A stretch of DNA of 63,995 nucleotides, filler included, from Octopus bimaculoides (lineage: Eukaryota), in the NCBI RefSeq assembly GCF_001194135.2. It is 8 parts of 7 records of this genome, joined end to end, with 100 filler letters (N's around TTAATTAATTAA, not from the genome) between each part and the next. Parts side by side here need not be neighbours in the genome. Positions count along the whole stretch, not along the records: positions 1 to 25,264 come from NC_068989.1; 7 more parts are not named here. One strand, 5' to 3'. The notes below the pieces were generated by a model, which saw nothing but the letters and a program-made list of their open reading frames with translations, made no database searches and was not told the origin of the DNA. Shown here piece by piece: positions 1 to 12,833 of this stretch (positions within the stretch are counted from its first letter, which is position 1; the number at the start of each line of letters is the position of its first letter). The position numbers and the translations under genes are program-made.

Positions 1-421
1 ATCGGTTGACAACTGATGTTAGTGTTTATATCTCCATAACTTAGCAGTATGGAAAAAAGAGACTGACAGAATAAGTACAAGGCTTACAAAGAAAGTCGAT
101 TTCTTCAACTAAAACCCTTTAAGGTGGTGTGCCAACATGGCTGCAGTCAAATGACTGAAACAAGCAAAAGAATCTTTTCTACTCTAGGCACAAGGCCCAA
201 AATTTTAGGGGACAGGGCCAGTCGATTAGACCGACCCCAGTACGCAACTGGTACTTAATTTACTGACCCCGAAAGGATGAACAGCAAAGTCAACCTCAGT
301 GGAATTTGAACTCAGAACATAAAGACAGACAAAATACCACTAAACATTTCACCCGGCGTGCTAATGTTTCTGCCAGCTCGCCACCTTTAAAGCAAGTAAA
401 AGAATAAAAGAATAAAAGAGT
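1..421 (+). mobile_element. SINE family A 3' half, with a family B SINE (minus strand, ~172-390) nested in its tail
   Basis: Matches the 3' half of the full copy at 16469-16860 (cttagc...gacagaataagtac...aaatgactgaaacaag + (TAAAAGAA)n tail). The tail is interrupted by the reverse complement of the family B sequence seen at 18606-18803. Confidence 0.8.
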
Positions 422-1005
422 ATCAATTTCCACATATTATTTTGCATGTTGTTTGTGTTGTTACAGCAAAGATCAAGATTCTATGGCAAAATCTTTTCCT
501 CGTAATATTTTCACACTAAAAATAGTAACCTTCAAATTAATTCAATTTATTTTTAAGTAACCCAAAGGTGGTACTGAATTTTATATTAGCAATGTTTAAA
601 TTTGTAATGAATAGTAAATATGAATTAATATTTTTAAACAGATTGTTGTACAGATAAATTCTTATCTGTACAACGCCATTAAAATATTGTAGACACATCA
701 TAATTTTATCACTCTCTCACAAATTGTATATATATATATATATANNNNNNNNNNATATTCAGTGTTTAATAATAAGCTGCATCCAATCTGAATTGTACAT
801 GTTTCTCCTCCATTGCATAACCAGAAGGTAATGAGCTCTCATCAATCACTCCAATTCTTTAGAAACACATATTTTTGTTATTTTTTTACAATCCACAAAA
901 CAAACAATTAAATCATTATTAAGTCAGGACTGATCAGAAAATACATTTTCGTATATTGAATGTAAATAGATTGGAAAATACAAAAGTAAATATATATATA
1001 TATTG

Positions 1006-1055
<50 letters not shown>

Positions 1056-1099
1056 GTATAAAATAAAACAACATTACATAGCTAGATTATATTTCAGTA

Positions 1100-1372
1100 T
1101 CATCATCATCATTTAATGTCCTCCTTCTATTCTTGTTGAATGGTTTGATAAGAGCTGACAATCCAGAAGACTGTGCCAAGCTCTACTCGCTGCTTTTGCA
1201 TGGCTTCTATAGCTTCCTAATGCCAACCACTTCACAGAGTGTACTGGATGCTTTTATGTGGGACCAGCAGCAGTGAGGTCACCAAGTAACTTGCACGACA
1301 AAACCCCTCAAATGAGGGCAGGGAGTAAATATTGAGGGAGGTGGCTTTGTACCAGGTGATGGGAGGTTAGAG
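1100..1372 (-). mobile_element. RTE LINE 3' UTR/tail fragment
   Basis: (CAT)n followed by ttaatgtcc...ccaaccact...gtgtactggatgcttttatgtg is the reverse complement of the RTE 3' end at 44130-44525. Confidence 0.7.
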
Positions 1373-1686
1373 CAGTAGGTCTCAACCAGGATCTATATGG
1401 CCCCAGAGGGTCCATATAAGATTTTTTTGGTCCATGTTATGAAATAGTAAACTAGAGATCCACAATAGTTATCTTAAGGGCCCCTGAAAAAATTTTGCTT
1501 AGATGTATGTACTGGTATGCATTGCAAGAAACAGCTAGGTTTCTTTCTCTAACGTTTCATGTAGTTCAACCTACACAAGTTGATGTGTATAAAACTAGTT
1601 TTTAAACACCAAATGGCTATGGGGATCAACCAGAATAAAATAGTAATCAGAGGGGTCCATAGATAAAAAATGTTTGAGAACCCCTG
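1373..1686. mobile_element. hAT-type MITE with 8-bp TSD
   Basis: Imperfect TIRs cagtaggtctcaacc / tttgagaacccctg. Perfect flanking direct repeat GGTTAGAG at 1365-1372 and 1687-1694. An 8-bp TSD is typical of hAT. Confidence 0.85.
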
Positions 1687-2029
1687 GGTTAGAGTATGAA
1701 TAGAGAGTCAGAAATAGGTGTCTTGCAGTAGAGGAGATACATGGCTACATAAAGAGAGAAGAAGAGGAGAGGAATAGTGGGGGGTGAGGAAGAGAGACAG
1801 ACAGACAAACAGACAGATGGAGAAGGGGGTGTAAATGTGATGGAGGTTACACTTATATTACAGGAAGGCATGCATAAGTAAAATGGAACTGAGAATTGCA
1901 AAGAGTGAGTAGATGGGCAAGTTCAAGCAATTGCAAAAGAGAGTGAGAAATGAAGTGGGGAGAGGGTATGTAGTGAGGGGACACAAGTAGGGGAAGGAGG
2001 GAAAAAGATAGAGGATAAAAATCTTTTCC

Positions 2030-2250
2030 GATTCATATAGACTCAGAAGATGAGTTTCCCAGCTTCCATGGCACATATATTCCCCACTGGACAGAACAGG
2101 ATGCCAGTCCGTTGCAAGATTACTCATTTTTGTCAGATTAAACAACATGAAATGAAGTGCTTTGCTCAAGAACACAACGCATCAGCTGATTCAGGAATCA
2201 AAACCACAATCTTATGATCCCGAGTCCTCTACACTAACCACTAGGCCACA
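2030..2250 (-). mobile_element. SINE family D fragment
   Basis: Reverse complement of the tRNA head and central domain of the copy at 42716-42973. Confidence 0.7.
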
Positions 2251-2629
2251 TACCTATACAAGTAGGAGGGGGTGTTAGGAGGATATGTCGTGAGGAAGAG
2301 GTTTGACAGGGGCACAGTGTATAGGGAGGCTTGTGAGGATGTGAAGAGAGAGAAATACAGTGAGTGATGAACAAAGTTAGAAGGAAAGGGGATGTGTCAG
2401 GAAGATAGACTGTTGGGGTCAAGGTTTGTTAGAGACAATAGTTTGGTCAGTACAATAGGATTATGTGTTGCATCTGGCCAAAACCGAAGCAACTGTGGCA
2501 GTAATGTTGAAATGCTGGTACAGTTTATGCACAAATCTTAACTCAATCAATTCATGAGAAAAGTGATGTTAGTAACAAGAGCAGCACTACAAACAGGGAA
2601 CGAAAAGTCTTCCTTTTCTTGTTTGCATG

Positions 2630-2840
2630 CATTGGTCTCAAATTCTGGTGCAAGGCCAGCAATTTCAGAGGAGTGAGTAAGTCAATTGCATCGACCCCAA
2701 TGCTCAATTGGGACCTATTTTAACAACCCTGAAAGGATGAAAGGCAAATTTGACCTCAGCAGGATTTGAACTAAGAATGTAAAGATAGACAAAATGCTGC
2801 TAAGCATTTTGCCCAGCATGCTAACTATTCTCTCAGCTCA
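2630..2840 (-). mobile_element. SINE family B (degenerate)
   Basis: gaaaggatgaaaggcaaatttgacctcagcaggatttgaact...agctcacc matches the family B reverse complement. Confidence 0.75.
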
Positions 2841-3654
2841 CCACCTTATACATTTGTATATACTGAATAAAAGAAGATTATTCAAGGTTAAAACAGAATA
2901 TCATCCTCAACATCATCTTCACCTCTACCACCATCACCATCATCGTCGTCAGTTGTTAAGTATCCAATATTCTCTACTGGCATGTGTTACACAGAGAAAT
3001 AGATATACATTGACTAAACTGTTTAATAGTGAAAACAATATTCTCACATTAGAGAAGAATGTTGTATAGCAAAAGGAGATAAATATGACTGGATGATACA
3101 TTACAAATGAAAAGAGTATTGATCCATAAGCACTGATTGTGTTTTACAATTAGATGGCCCAGCAGAACAATTCTGTCTACAAGCAGTACAAACATTATTC
3201 AGCCAGTTATTGTAACACTTACTAAAAACTCTTCACGTGAAACAAGAAATATCGATGAAGCAATAGGGTGGGGAAGAACATGGCTTTACTTTTTAGTACC
3301 CTAAGCTAGTGTCTTGTGTTTAAGACTTCACACCCAGACTATTCTCCGAAGATCAATGCTTTACAAAGTAGTATTTTATTATAGATAGATATAATGAGTA
3401 GAAGATTTAGAAGGTTTGCTAACCAAATACAGTGAGGGGTAAATCACTCTTTTTAGATAATAATGTTAGAAACTGACACTATTCTCAGCCAATGAATTAT
3501 AACAGTACAAATAGTATTCAATAATTATTGTATGATAATTTGTAACATTTCTTGGTCAAATGGATGTTGTTAGCTTCTCATCCCTCTTTAAAGGAGTAAT
3601 ACATTTGCACTGGTGGTGCAATTATATAATTGAAAATATTTCATTATCATCAAC

Positions 3655-3805
3655 ATTTAATGTCTGTTTTCCATACTGGCATGGGTTGAACAGTTTGTCC
3701 AGACCCAGGAAACAGGTTCCAGTCTGATTTGGCTAGGTTTCTATGGCTGGTGCCCTTTTTAGCATCAACCATTTTACAGAATGTGCTGGATGCTTTTTAC
3801 ATGGC
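3655..3805 (-). mobile_element. RTE LINE 3' tail fragment
   Basis: tttaatgtctgttttccatactggcatgggttg...aaccattttacagaatgtgctggatgc. Confidence 0.65.
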
Positions 3806-3864
3806 ATTGAATTATTTAAAAACATCTATTGTTTGTTTCCAATAGCAACATATTGCACTTTAGA

Positions 3865-3936
<72 letters not shown>

Positions 3937-4573
3937 TCAGATGAATTAGGCACTTAAGTTGAAGGACCAAAAATTAGTGTGGTTTTATCTGTACAACTTC
4001 AAAATAAGGTGAATAAAAATCAAAATAAGCGAAAGAATATCCAGAGGTGATGCAGTTCGACCGTTATGGTGAGATATATGTTAGTCAGACTAGGAATGCA
4101 TTATCAGAATGTTCGTATGTGCGCTGACAACAAGTTAGGGACTCTGATGTCCTTCAAATCCCATTAATCAACCATCTGGCAACATGTAACCAGAAAATGT
4201 TTATAATATTCTCATTCTACAAGCTACACAATTCAAATGAAGTCAAGAGAAAAGTCAGAGAAAAGAATTTTATTGATAAATAAGATTCAAACCTGTTTTA
4301 ATTGGACAATAATAACAATAGCTCTAGTAACAGTGATAGTTGTAATAATGATAATAATAATAATGAGCCCTCAGAGATTGCAAACCTATGCCAAGGCAAC
4401 ACCAACGTCCTCTCAACAATCAGCCAGAGATGATTTTTAAAATGAAAATATTTGAAATAAACTCGACTGCTCTCACAAATGAGAATACTAAAAGTGAACC
4501 CAACTGCTCTCAAAAATTAAACCAGAAAAATAATCCAGAATCCTTTGCTACGGTGGAGGTAATGATAAGTACA

Positions 4574-4629
<56 letters not shown>

Positions 4630-5666
4630 CACTAACAACAAAAATAATAATGATGATGGTGATGATGGTGGTAGTGTTAACCATATCAACATTTCCCTAA
4701 TTGAAATGTAAAATTTCTAGAAAATTGTAGGATTAGTAGCAGTAGAATTCAACAGAAACAGGAATGTTGTTTACAACATTTATAAATATAGCCAAACAGT
4801 TATTTCTTTAGGTGCAGTTAAAATATAGAATCCTTTACATGTCCACCAAACTGTAACGCCAAAGCTGCACACCAATTGGCCAAAATATTTTGTTGAAAAA
4901 TGTGAGATAAATGCTAACCATGTTGGCATACTCACCAAACCATAACATCTAAGTTACATACTGATTGGTCGAAATACAATTCAAACTTAGTTGGTATGGT
5001 CACCAAACCATTTTGATTGGTCAAAATGCAGTTCATAAAATTCAGCCTGCTGGGGCCTATCGGAAGGTATTTAAAGGAGAAATTTAATCATTTAACTACA
5101 GTTGCCAATTACAGAACACAACTGTCACTACTATCACATACACCTGGTGATTGTGTAATGCATGAAAGTACTAGTCTTATCACAATAAATATATAATATT
5201 CTATTATTATAATATTGTAAAATTGTAAAAGTTGTAAATAATAAAACGTGAAAATCAGACTATGTTGGAATTACATTGATTAATACATTCTTCTATACAT
5301 AAATGCATGTATATATACACATGCAGTCACACGTACATGTGTGTGTGAGTGTGTTTGCACGCATGCATGTATAGATTATTTGAAATGGTGTACAGATTTT
5401 ATATACTAAGAAAAAGGAGGTAGTCAAGATTTGGATAAAAACTACTATTTATTTATGAAATATATTTATCTGCAAGAATCATTCATGAGGATTCCCTTTT
5501 AGGAATTCACCATGAATGATTTCTAATAGAAAATTCATACCTTTTATATATGTGTGATGAAAAAAGTTTGGAGTTGAATTTTGTTTTCTTAAGTTTTGGA
5601 AAAAATCGTTTTGGGAGTGATTATTTGAGAAGTTCTTTGTTGTTTTGAATCTATTTGTGTGTGTGT

Positions 5667-5697
<31 letters not shown>

Positions 5698-5971
5698 CAT
5701 GTATGTATGTGTGTGTGCATGTATGTATGTGTGTGTACATGTATGTATGTGTGTGTGTGTATGTATGTGTAAGTATACATATGTTGTGAGTTTTTAAAGC
5801 AAGCAAGAAAGAGAGAAAGAAAGAAAGAAAGAAAGGGTTGTTTTTCTGGGTTGAATTCACATACGGGTATAAATTTTCTATAAGAAATCATTCATGAGGG
5901 ATCCCTCAAAGAGACAAAAGCACTAAATAAATAGTTTTTATTCAAATCCTATCTCCTTTTTCTTAATGCAC

Positions 5972-6024
<53 letters not shown>

Positions 6025-6867
6025 TATATATATGTGTATATNNNNNNNNNNNNNNNNNNNNNNNNNNNNNNNNNNNNNNNNNNNNNNNNNNNNNNNNNNN
6101 NNNNNNNNNNNNNNNNNNNNNNNNNNNNNNNNNNNNNNNNNNNNNNNNNNNNNNNNNNNNNNNNNNNNNNNNNNNNNNNNNNNNNNNNNNNNNNNNNNNN
6201 NNNNNNNNNNNNNNNNNNNNNNNNNNNNNNNNNNNNNNNNNNNNNNNNNNNNNNNNNNNNNNNNNNNNNNNNNNNNNNNNNNNNNNNNNNNNNNNNNNNN
6301 NNNNNNNNNNNNNNNNNNNNNNNNNNNNNNNNNNNNNNNNNNNNNNNNNNNNNNNNNNNNNNNNNNNNNNNNNNNNNNNNNNNNNNNNNNNNNNNNNNNN
6401 NNNNNNNNNNNNNNNNNNNNNNNNNNNNNNNNNNNNNNNNNNNNNNNNNNNNNNNNNNNNNNNNNNNNNNNNNNNNNNNNNNNNNNNNNNNNNNNNNNNN
6501 NNNNNNNNTATATATATATATATATATATATATATAAGTTTACTTAATAATGAGCCATCTAAAGCACAATATGCACTATCTACCAAAGTAATTAGCTTAA
6601 TGCCAACTACTTTATATAATAACTGAACACTCTATTCTATCAGTGGGAAAGGAGATTGAGTAAGCCTTCTATGGGGAGCGATGAACAAATCATGAAACAG
6701 TCCGTTACGAGATTCCCCCGTCTTTTTATCACACATTGAAAGTATAGAAGGAATATAATTACATTCTTATATAATTCATTATCACAGCCTAAGCTTTCTA
6801 ATATTTAAATTAATTTCAGTACTTTCGAGTTACAGTGTATCTTGTATGATATATCTAATTTGTGCTG

Positions 6868-7020
6868 GTATGGCTATGCGGTAAGAAGTTTACTTTCCAT
6901 CCACAGAGCTTTGAGCTCAGTTCCACTGTGTGGCACCTAGAGCAATAGTCTTCTACTATATCTTTGGGTCAATCAAAGCTTTATGAGCAGATTTGATAAA
7001 GAAAGTGAAAGAAGCCTATT
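6868..7020 (+). mobile_element. SINE family A 5' (tRNA-like head) fragment
   Basis: tggctatgcggtaagaag...ctcagttccactgtgtggcacc...ttctactata matches the head of 16469-16860. Confidence 0.7.
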
Positions 7021-7177
7021 GCGTGCATGTGTGTGTGTGTGTTACGGTATCCTTGCTTTGATCTCATGTAGTAGTTGTAAACAAGTGTCACCATCATGCA
7101 AGCGGTGTCCTTCATTTCCAATCTTCCATGAAAACATGTCTGGTCATGGAAAATATTGCCTTATTTAGAAACAGATG

Positions 7178-7545
7178 TGGAGGTGCATGGCTTAGTGGTT
7201 AAGGTGTTAGACTTACGATTGTAAGATTGTGGTTTCAATTCCTGGACCAGTCAATGCATTGTGTTCTTGAGCAAAACACTTCATTTCATGTTGCTTCAAT
7301 CCACTCAGCTGGCAAAAATGAGTAATTCTGCAATGGACCAGTGTTCCATATAGGTGGGAAGTGTATATGCCACAGAAACCAGGAAGCTGGCCTCTAAGTC
7401 TATGCGACTCAGGAAGGATCTTCATGCTATCCTGGAAACAGGCGAGGGGAGATGACAGAAAAGAAGGATCTCTGACCACAGAAAATCTGCCTCAATAGAT
7501 TCTATCCAACCCATGCAAGCATGGGAAAGTGGATGGTAAAATTAT
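7178..7545 (+). mobile_element. SINE family D with RTE-like 3' tail
   Basis: A box tggcttagtgg and B-box-like gtttcaattcc, central domain ttcttgagcaaaacacttcatttc, and an aacccatgcaagcatgg...atgatga tail shared with RTE ends. Confidence 0.75.
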
Positions 7546-7913
7546 GATGACAGCAATAATACACACAATGATGATATGTGCACACATTATCATTTTATAT
7601 TGATTTCCTATGCTGGCATGAATTGGATGGGTCTTGCACCTTTCACTTCTTGTCACATACTTCTTTGTCATCTAACACATACAGAAACAAAGAAAACTAG
7701 CCACATTTGTGGTTGTCAATGTCATAATCTTTCTTAAGCACAGACTACACTCTCGGAGTGGTTGGTGTTAGGAAGGGCATCCAGCTGTAGAAATTCTGCC
7801 AAATCAGACTGGAGCCTGGTGTAGCCATCCGGTTCAACAGTCCTCAGTCAAATCGTCCAACCCATGCAAGCATGGAAAGCGGACATTAAACGATGGTGAT
7901 GTTTATTCCAGAT

Positions 7914-8788
7914 CAGTGGTTCTCAACCATTTTTTACCTATGGACCCCTTTAATTCCTGCTTTACGCAGGGGTAGGGATTCTCATAGCCATCTCTAGTTT
8001 TAAAAATCTTATTATATTTTGATGATTAATATTATTTGGAATTGCATGAAAAATTGTTTAAGTATTTTGTGTGTTCTTGAAATATAAACAATTTATTGCA
8101 AATTGAGGACAGATGTGCAAAGAAGCACCAGTCTCTAACTGTGGAGGGAACTCGTGGTAGAGGGAGACCCAGGAAGACATGGGAGAGGTGGTGAAGCATG
8201 ACCTTTGAACTTTGGGCCTCACACAGGCAATGACTAGTGACCGAGACCTTTGGCGATATGCCGTGCTTGAGAGGACCAGTCGAGCCTAGTGAAATCATAG
8301 TCATGGCTGATGCTGGTATCATGTAACTGGCACAGGTGCCAGTGGCTTGTAAAAAGCACCTTTTGAGCATTTGGCCACATGGAGGCAATGTGGTTGATGC
8401 ACCAGTAAAAAGCACCTTTCAAGTGTTGGGCCTCAAAGACAAATGACTGAAACCTGTGGCATTATGCTATGCTTGAAAAGAAGGTCCATCCAGCCAAGTG
8501 AAATCATAGTCATGGCAGATATTGGTGATGCGAAACAGGCACCCATGCCAGTGGCACGTGAAAGATCCATTACACTCTGTAAAGTGGTTGGCATGAGAAG
8601 GGGCATCCAGCTCTAGAAACCATACTAAATCAGACAGGAGTCTGATGCAGCTCCTCAGCTTACCAACCCTGGTCAAACCATCCAATCCATGCCAGCATGG
8701 ACAACGGACGTCAAATGGTGGTGGTGATGATGATGAAAATCTTACAGGGACCCCCCAAGAACTATATGGACCCCGACTGCGAACCACT
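7914..8788. mobile_element. hAT-type MITE interrupted by a nested RTE 3' fragment
   Basis: 5' TIR cagtggttctcaacc at 7914 and degenerate 3' end ggaccccgactgcgaaccact at ~8768-8788. Same family type as 1373-1686. No TSD recognised. Confidence 0.6.
8098..8735 (+). mobile_element. RTE LINE 3' fragment (ORF end, 3' UTR, (GAT)n tail)
   Basis: Degenerate GTRGRGRPRKTW...DRDLWRYAVLE coding end as at 52294-52503, then the UTR module and the conserved tail ggcatccagct...aaatggtggtggtgatgatgat. Confidence 0.85.
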
Positions 8789-9100
8789 TTACTAAATACT
8801 TTTCTTACAAGAAGCCATTTCACCACATGGATTGAGACTAGAGGTTGTTTGTGGCAGAACAAAAGGGGTTCTTAGAACATTCATCAGAGTTTTTATTCAG
8901 AGTTTGCTCAATGTGTGTATGTTGGAGAGTTTCTGTATGCATTTGGATGTACAAACAAGAGTTAAATGAGTTTAATACATGGGATACAGTTTATTCGTAC
9001 CTCAAGTGATCTAAGGTCTCATTCTGCTGTTACTCTGAGATTCATGCTATGTTTTATAAGCAAAACATGTATTCCTGCATCTGTTTGTGTGTGCATGTAT

Positions 9101-9129
<29 letters not shown>

Positions 9130-9139
<10 letters not shown>

Positions 9140-9232
9140 CTTTACTACCCACAAGGGGCTACACACAGAGGGGACAAACAAAGACAGACAAACGGATTAA
9201 GTCGATTATATCGACCCCAGTGCATAACTGGT
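9130..9232 (-). mobile_element. SINE family B 3' fragment
   Basis: Near-identical reverse complement of 18712-18803. Confidence 0.85.
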
Positions 9233-9954
9233 GAGTGTGTGTGTGTGTATGTGTANNNNNNNNNNNNNNNNNNNNNNNNNNNNNNNNNNNNNNNNNNNNN
9301 NNNNNNNNNNNNNNNNNNNNNNNNNNNNNNNNNNNNNNNNNNNNNNNNNNNNNNNNNNNNNNNNNNNNNNNNNNNNNNNTGTGTGTGTGTGTGCGTGATG
9401 ATTACAGGTGATAGAGGAAATATGGTTAATTATGGAATCATCATTAAATATAAAGCAAAATAAAATTATTAAAAACATGTATTATTTAAATAGTCTGCAA
9501 TTAATTACATCAGTCAGTGACATGCCTTACACACACACACATAGAAAAACGGAAAAACAATTACAAAACGGAAAGCAAAAAAAAAATACTATTTACTGGA
9601 ATCAAATAATATGAAACAATTTCTTAAACAAAGAAGATTACAGATAAACATTCAAAGTAAAGTTAATGATGGATTAAAATAGTGAAGAAAGAGAAAAATT
9701 TATAGACATTTTAAGCAAAATATTTCTATAGATATTCTACAAGTGATTAACTGTAACTCATCACTAACAATCTTGGATGTCCTCCAATAGGGGAATATAC
9801 TCAGATCTACTTAAAATTGAGGAATTATCCTCATCCATTTTCATTGTCTATCACCCACTTTCTTAATTTTTCTTTTTATCATTCTCTCTCTCTTTCTCTC
9901 TCTGGCTCTCACTCTCTCTCATTCATACTTGTATATATTCTTTCTTTTATTCTT

Positions 9955-10173
9955 TTCCCTTTACTTGTTTCGTTCACATGACTGCAGCCATGCTAGATTA
10001 TTGACTTGAAAGGTTAAACAAATTGACCCCAGGACGTATTTTTTGTAAGCCCAGAACTTATCCTATCGGTCACCTTTGGCAAACCGCAAAGTTACTGGGA
10101 GGCAAGCACACCAAAATCGGTTGTCAAGTGATGATGGGAGTACAAACACAGACACATAGACACACACACACAC

Positions 10174-10226
<53 letters not shown>

Positions 10227-10735
10227 AGCAATGTCAAATCTCTGAACGAGGTATTAACAGTAACTGCACGACAACGTGAAGTATATTTGCCACTTAAATG
10301 CGGCTGAACCCTAAGGGTGGATGTTACTGTTGCTTTTAGCCCCAGGAGAACATCTCCCCCAGCTGGTTATTGACACACATCTGTGTCCTGTCTGTATTTG
10401 CAAAGGGAAGTCATCCTTCCCATCTTGATCTGTGATACGCACGGACTCGAGTTTCTGGGTATTTACCCATCCTCAGCGTACGACAATCACCGTGCTGGAG
10501 CACCACCTTGAAGGGTTTTAGACAAACAAATCAACCCCAGTACTTATAAGCCTAGTACTTATTCTATTAGTTTCTTTTGCCGAATCACTAAGTTATAGGG
10601 ACATAAACACACCAACATCAGTTGTCANNNNNNNNNNTTTCTTTTGCCGAATCACTAAGTTATAGGGACATAAACACACCAACATCAGTTGTCAAGTGAT
10701 GGTGGGGGGAATGAACACAGAAACAAAGTCAGTGT
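9955..10735 (-). mobile_element. Two SINE family A 3' fragments (9955-10140, 10490-10735) flanking an unclassified GC-richer segment
   Basis: tttacttgtttc...catgactgcagccatgct...cttatcctatcggtc and gtgctggagcaccacc...tagtacttattctatt match the family A reverse complement. Confidence 0.75.
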
Positions 10736-12532
10736 AAACTCTCTGAAGAACAGGAATGTGAAACTCTGAGTAGCAGTTTTAGTGATAGTTTTGTGATATT
10801 TCTGCAGCATTAATAGTAATATAGTAAGTAAGTATGTATATATATATATATATATATATATAACACATTATGTACATACATACATATATATATTAAATAT
10901 ATATTATATATATATATAATACATTATGTACATACATACATATATATATTAAATATATATATATATATACTATATACGTAATATGTATATATATATGTGT
11001 GTAATATATATTACATATATATTATATATATATTACATACATATTATATATATATATATATCCATCTTTATTGTCTATAAAATCATTTCTCATGCATGTA
11101 TATATAAGCACGAAAAATACTTTTAGAAGCAATAAAGATGGAGTGATAATTTTGGAACTATATCAAATGGTGCTAAGTGATAAATCTTTAAGCACTTCCA
11201 TTTGGTTCAGTGTTGTCTGCAGAGTCACAATTACATTCAAGTTTGCATCCAGATCATTGTTAGTAGTAGCAGTTTATAAGTATACATTCTGAAAGTTACT
11301 TCTCAGAAAAAGTTTTTATTTTTGGGTCATTTCTTTTGAAAGTGCCTTGGAAAGCCATAGAAGGAGTAGGAGATAAAGGGGAGAAGGAAGACTCAGAGTT
11401 TAAGACAGCCTATCAAAGTATCACTAAAAGACCCAGACTTAGTTCTGCTTGCCAGTTACTCAACCGGAATCTAGCTTTCTGCATGAGTGACTGTGCCAAA
11501 TCAACCTGCAGACACACAGTGCTAGTCCTATGGCCGATGAAATGTAGCTAGGCTGGCTTCACGCAGGAAGATGGGGATAGAGAAGTAGAAGCACAGGCAG
11601 GAACCAATGGGGATGACTGGAGATGGATGGAAGGAAGAATGTGGGGGTGGTATAAAACAACAGAATTGACTGATGCATTTCTTCAGCTTAGCCCAGCATA
11701 AATCTGAGTGGTTAACTGTTAAATGGAAGATTGCCAGCACAGAGAAGAGAGATGTGATGCAGTGAAGCAGTGTACATACATGTTAGTATCACTCACACCA
11801 TGAGCCAAGCCGAGAAAATAATACAATGCTATATTACATGTATAATGGGTAAAACACACAGCATATATACACAATTTATACAGAAAGAAAAGAAAAAACA
11901 CCATTCCATTGAAACCAATTTAATTCCTGGAATATTTAAATGTACAAATCAATATAACGATTCAGAATGTAAAATAAAATATTTTATCACTGCATTTATT
12001 TTTTTTAAATAAAGAAAAAAAAAATTGTCTTTTTTTTGTTGTTGTTTTTTTTATGTTGGGATTTAATACATCAGTTAACAGGAAAAAATATATCAGATAA
12101 CTTTTTTTAAAAAATAAATTCTCCTGTTTCACTTACATTAAACGTNNNNNNNNNNNNNNNNNNNNNNNNNNNNNNNNNNNNNNNNNNNNNNNNNNNNNNN
12201 NNNNNNNNNNNNNNNNNNNNNNNNNNNNNNNNNNNNNNNNNNNNNNNNNNNNNNNNNNNNNNNNNNNNNNNNNNNNNNNNNNNNNNNNNNNNNNNNNNNN
12301 NNNNNNNNNNNNNNNNNNNNNNNNNNNNNNNNNNNNNNNNNNNNNNNNNNNNNNNNNNNNNNNNNNNNNNNNNNNNNNNNNNNNNNNNNNNNNNNNNNNN
12401 NNNNNNNNNNNNNNNNNNNNNNNNNNNNNNNNNNNNNNNNNNNNNNNNNNNNNNNNNNNNNNNNNNNNNNNNNNNNNNNNNNNNNNNNNNNNNNNNNNNN
12501 NNNNNNNNNNNNNNNNNNNNNNNNNNNNNNNN

Positions 12533-12599
<67 letters not shown>

Positions 12600-12783
12600 T
12601 CTCTCTCCCTCTCTCCCCACCACACACATATAGCTAATATCATGTCATGAGATAGTTTGGCTTCTAATCACAGCTACATGATATAGGTAGTAGCAGTAGG
12701 ACACATAACACAAGAAGGTTAGTTGTGCTGTAGATTAAACATATGTACATATATGTATGGATCTTTCTCTCTCTTTCTCTCTC

Positions 12784-12833
<50 letters not shown>

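Noticed and set aside
1690-2430. Purine-skewed G/A-rich block (pyrimidine/C-rich counterpart at 63720-63995)
   Set aside because: Likely low-complexity TE UTR sequence; no diagnostic termini or ORF.
3140-3305. Open frame ...TRNIDEAIGWGRTWLYFL resembling a RUN-domain GRAWL motif
   Set aside because: Short, ends in a stop, and no convincing donor in frame.
5963-6586. Long ORFs spanning N runs (also 12107, 22358, 30823, 32064, 54453 and others)
   Set aside because: They are open only because N codons are untranslatable; the flanks are microsatellite peptides.
10570-10690. Exact repeats either side of short N gaps (also 19046-19560, 61291-61380, 62038-62110, 62507-62545)
   Set aside because: Identical sequence flanking a gap is the signature of unmerged contig overlap, not a biological duplication.
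11336-11770. GC-richer block with short ORFs (similar block at 12880-13090)
   Set aside because: Probably old TE remnants, but no motif could be assigned on either strand.
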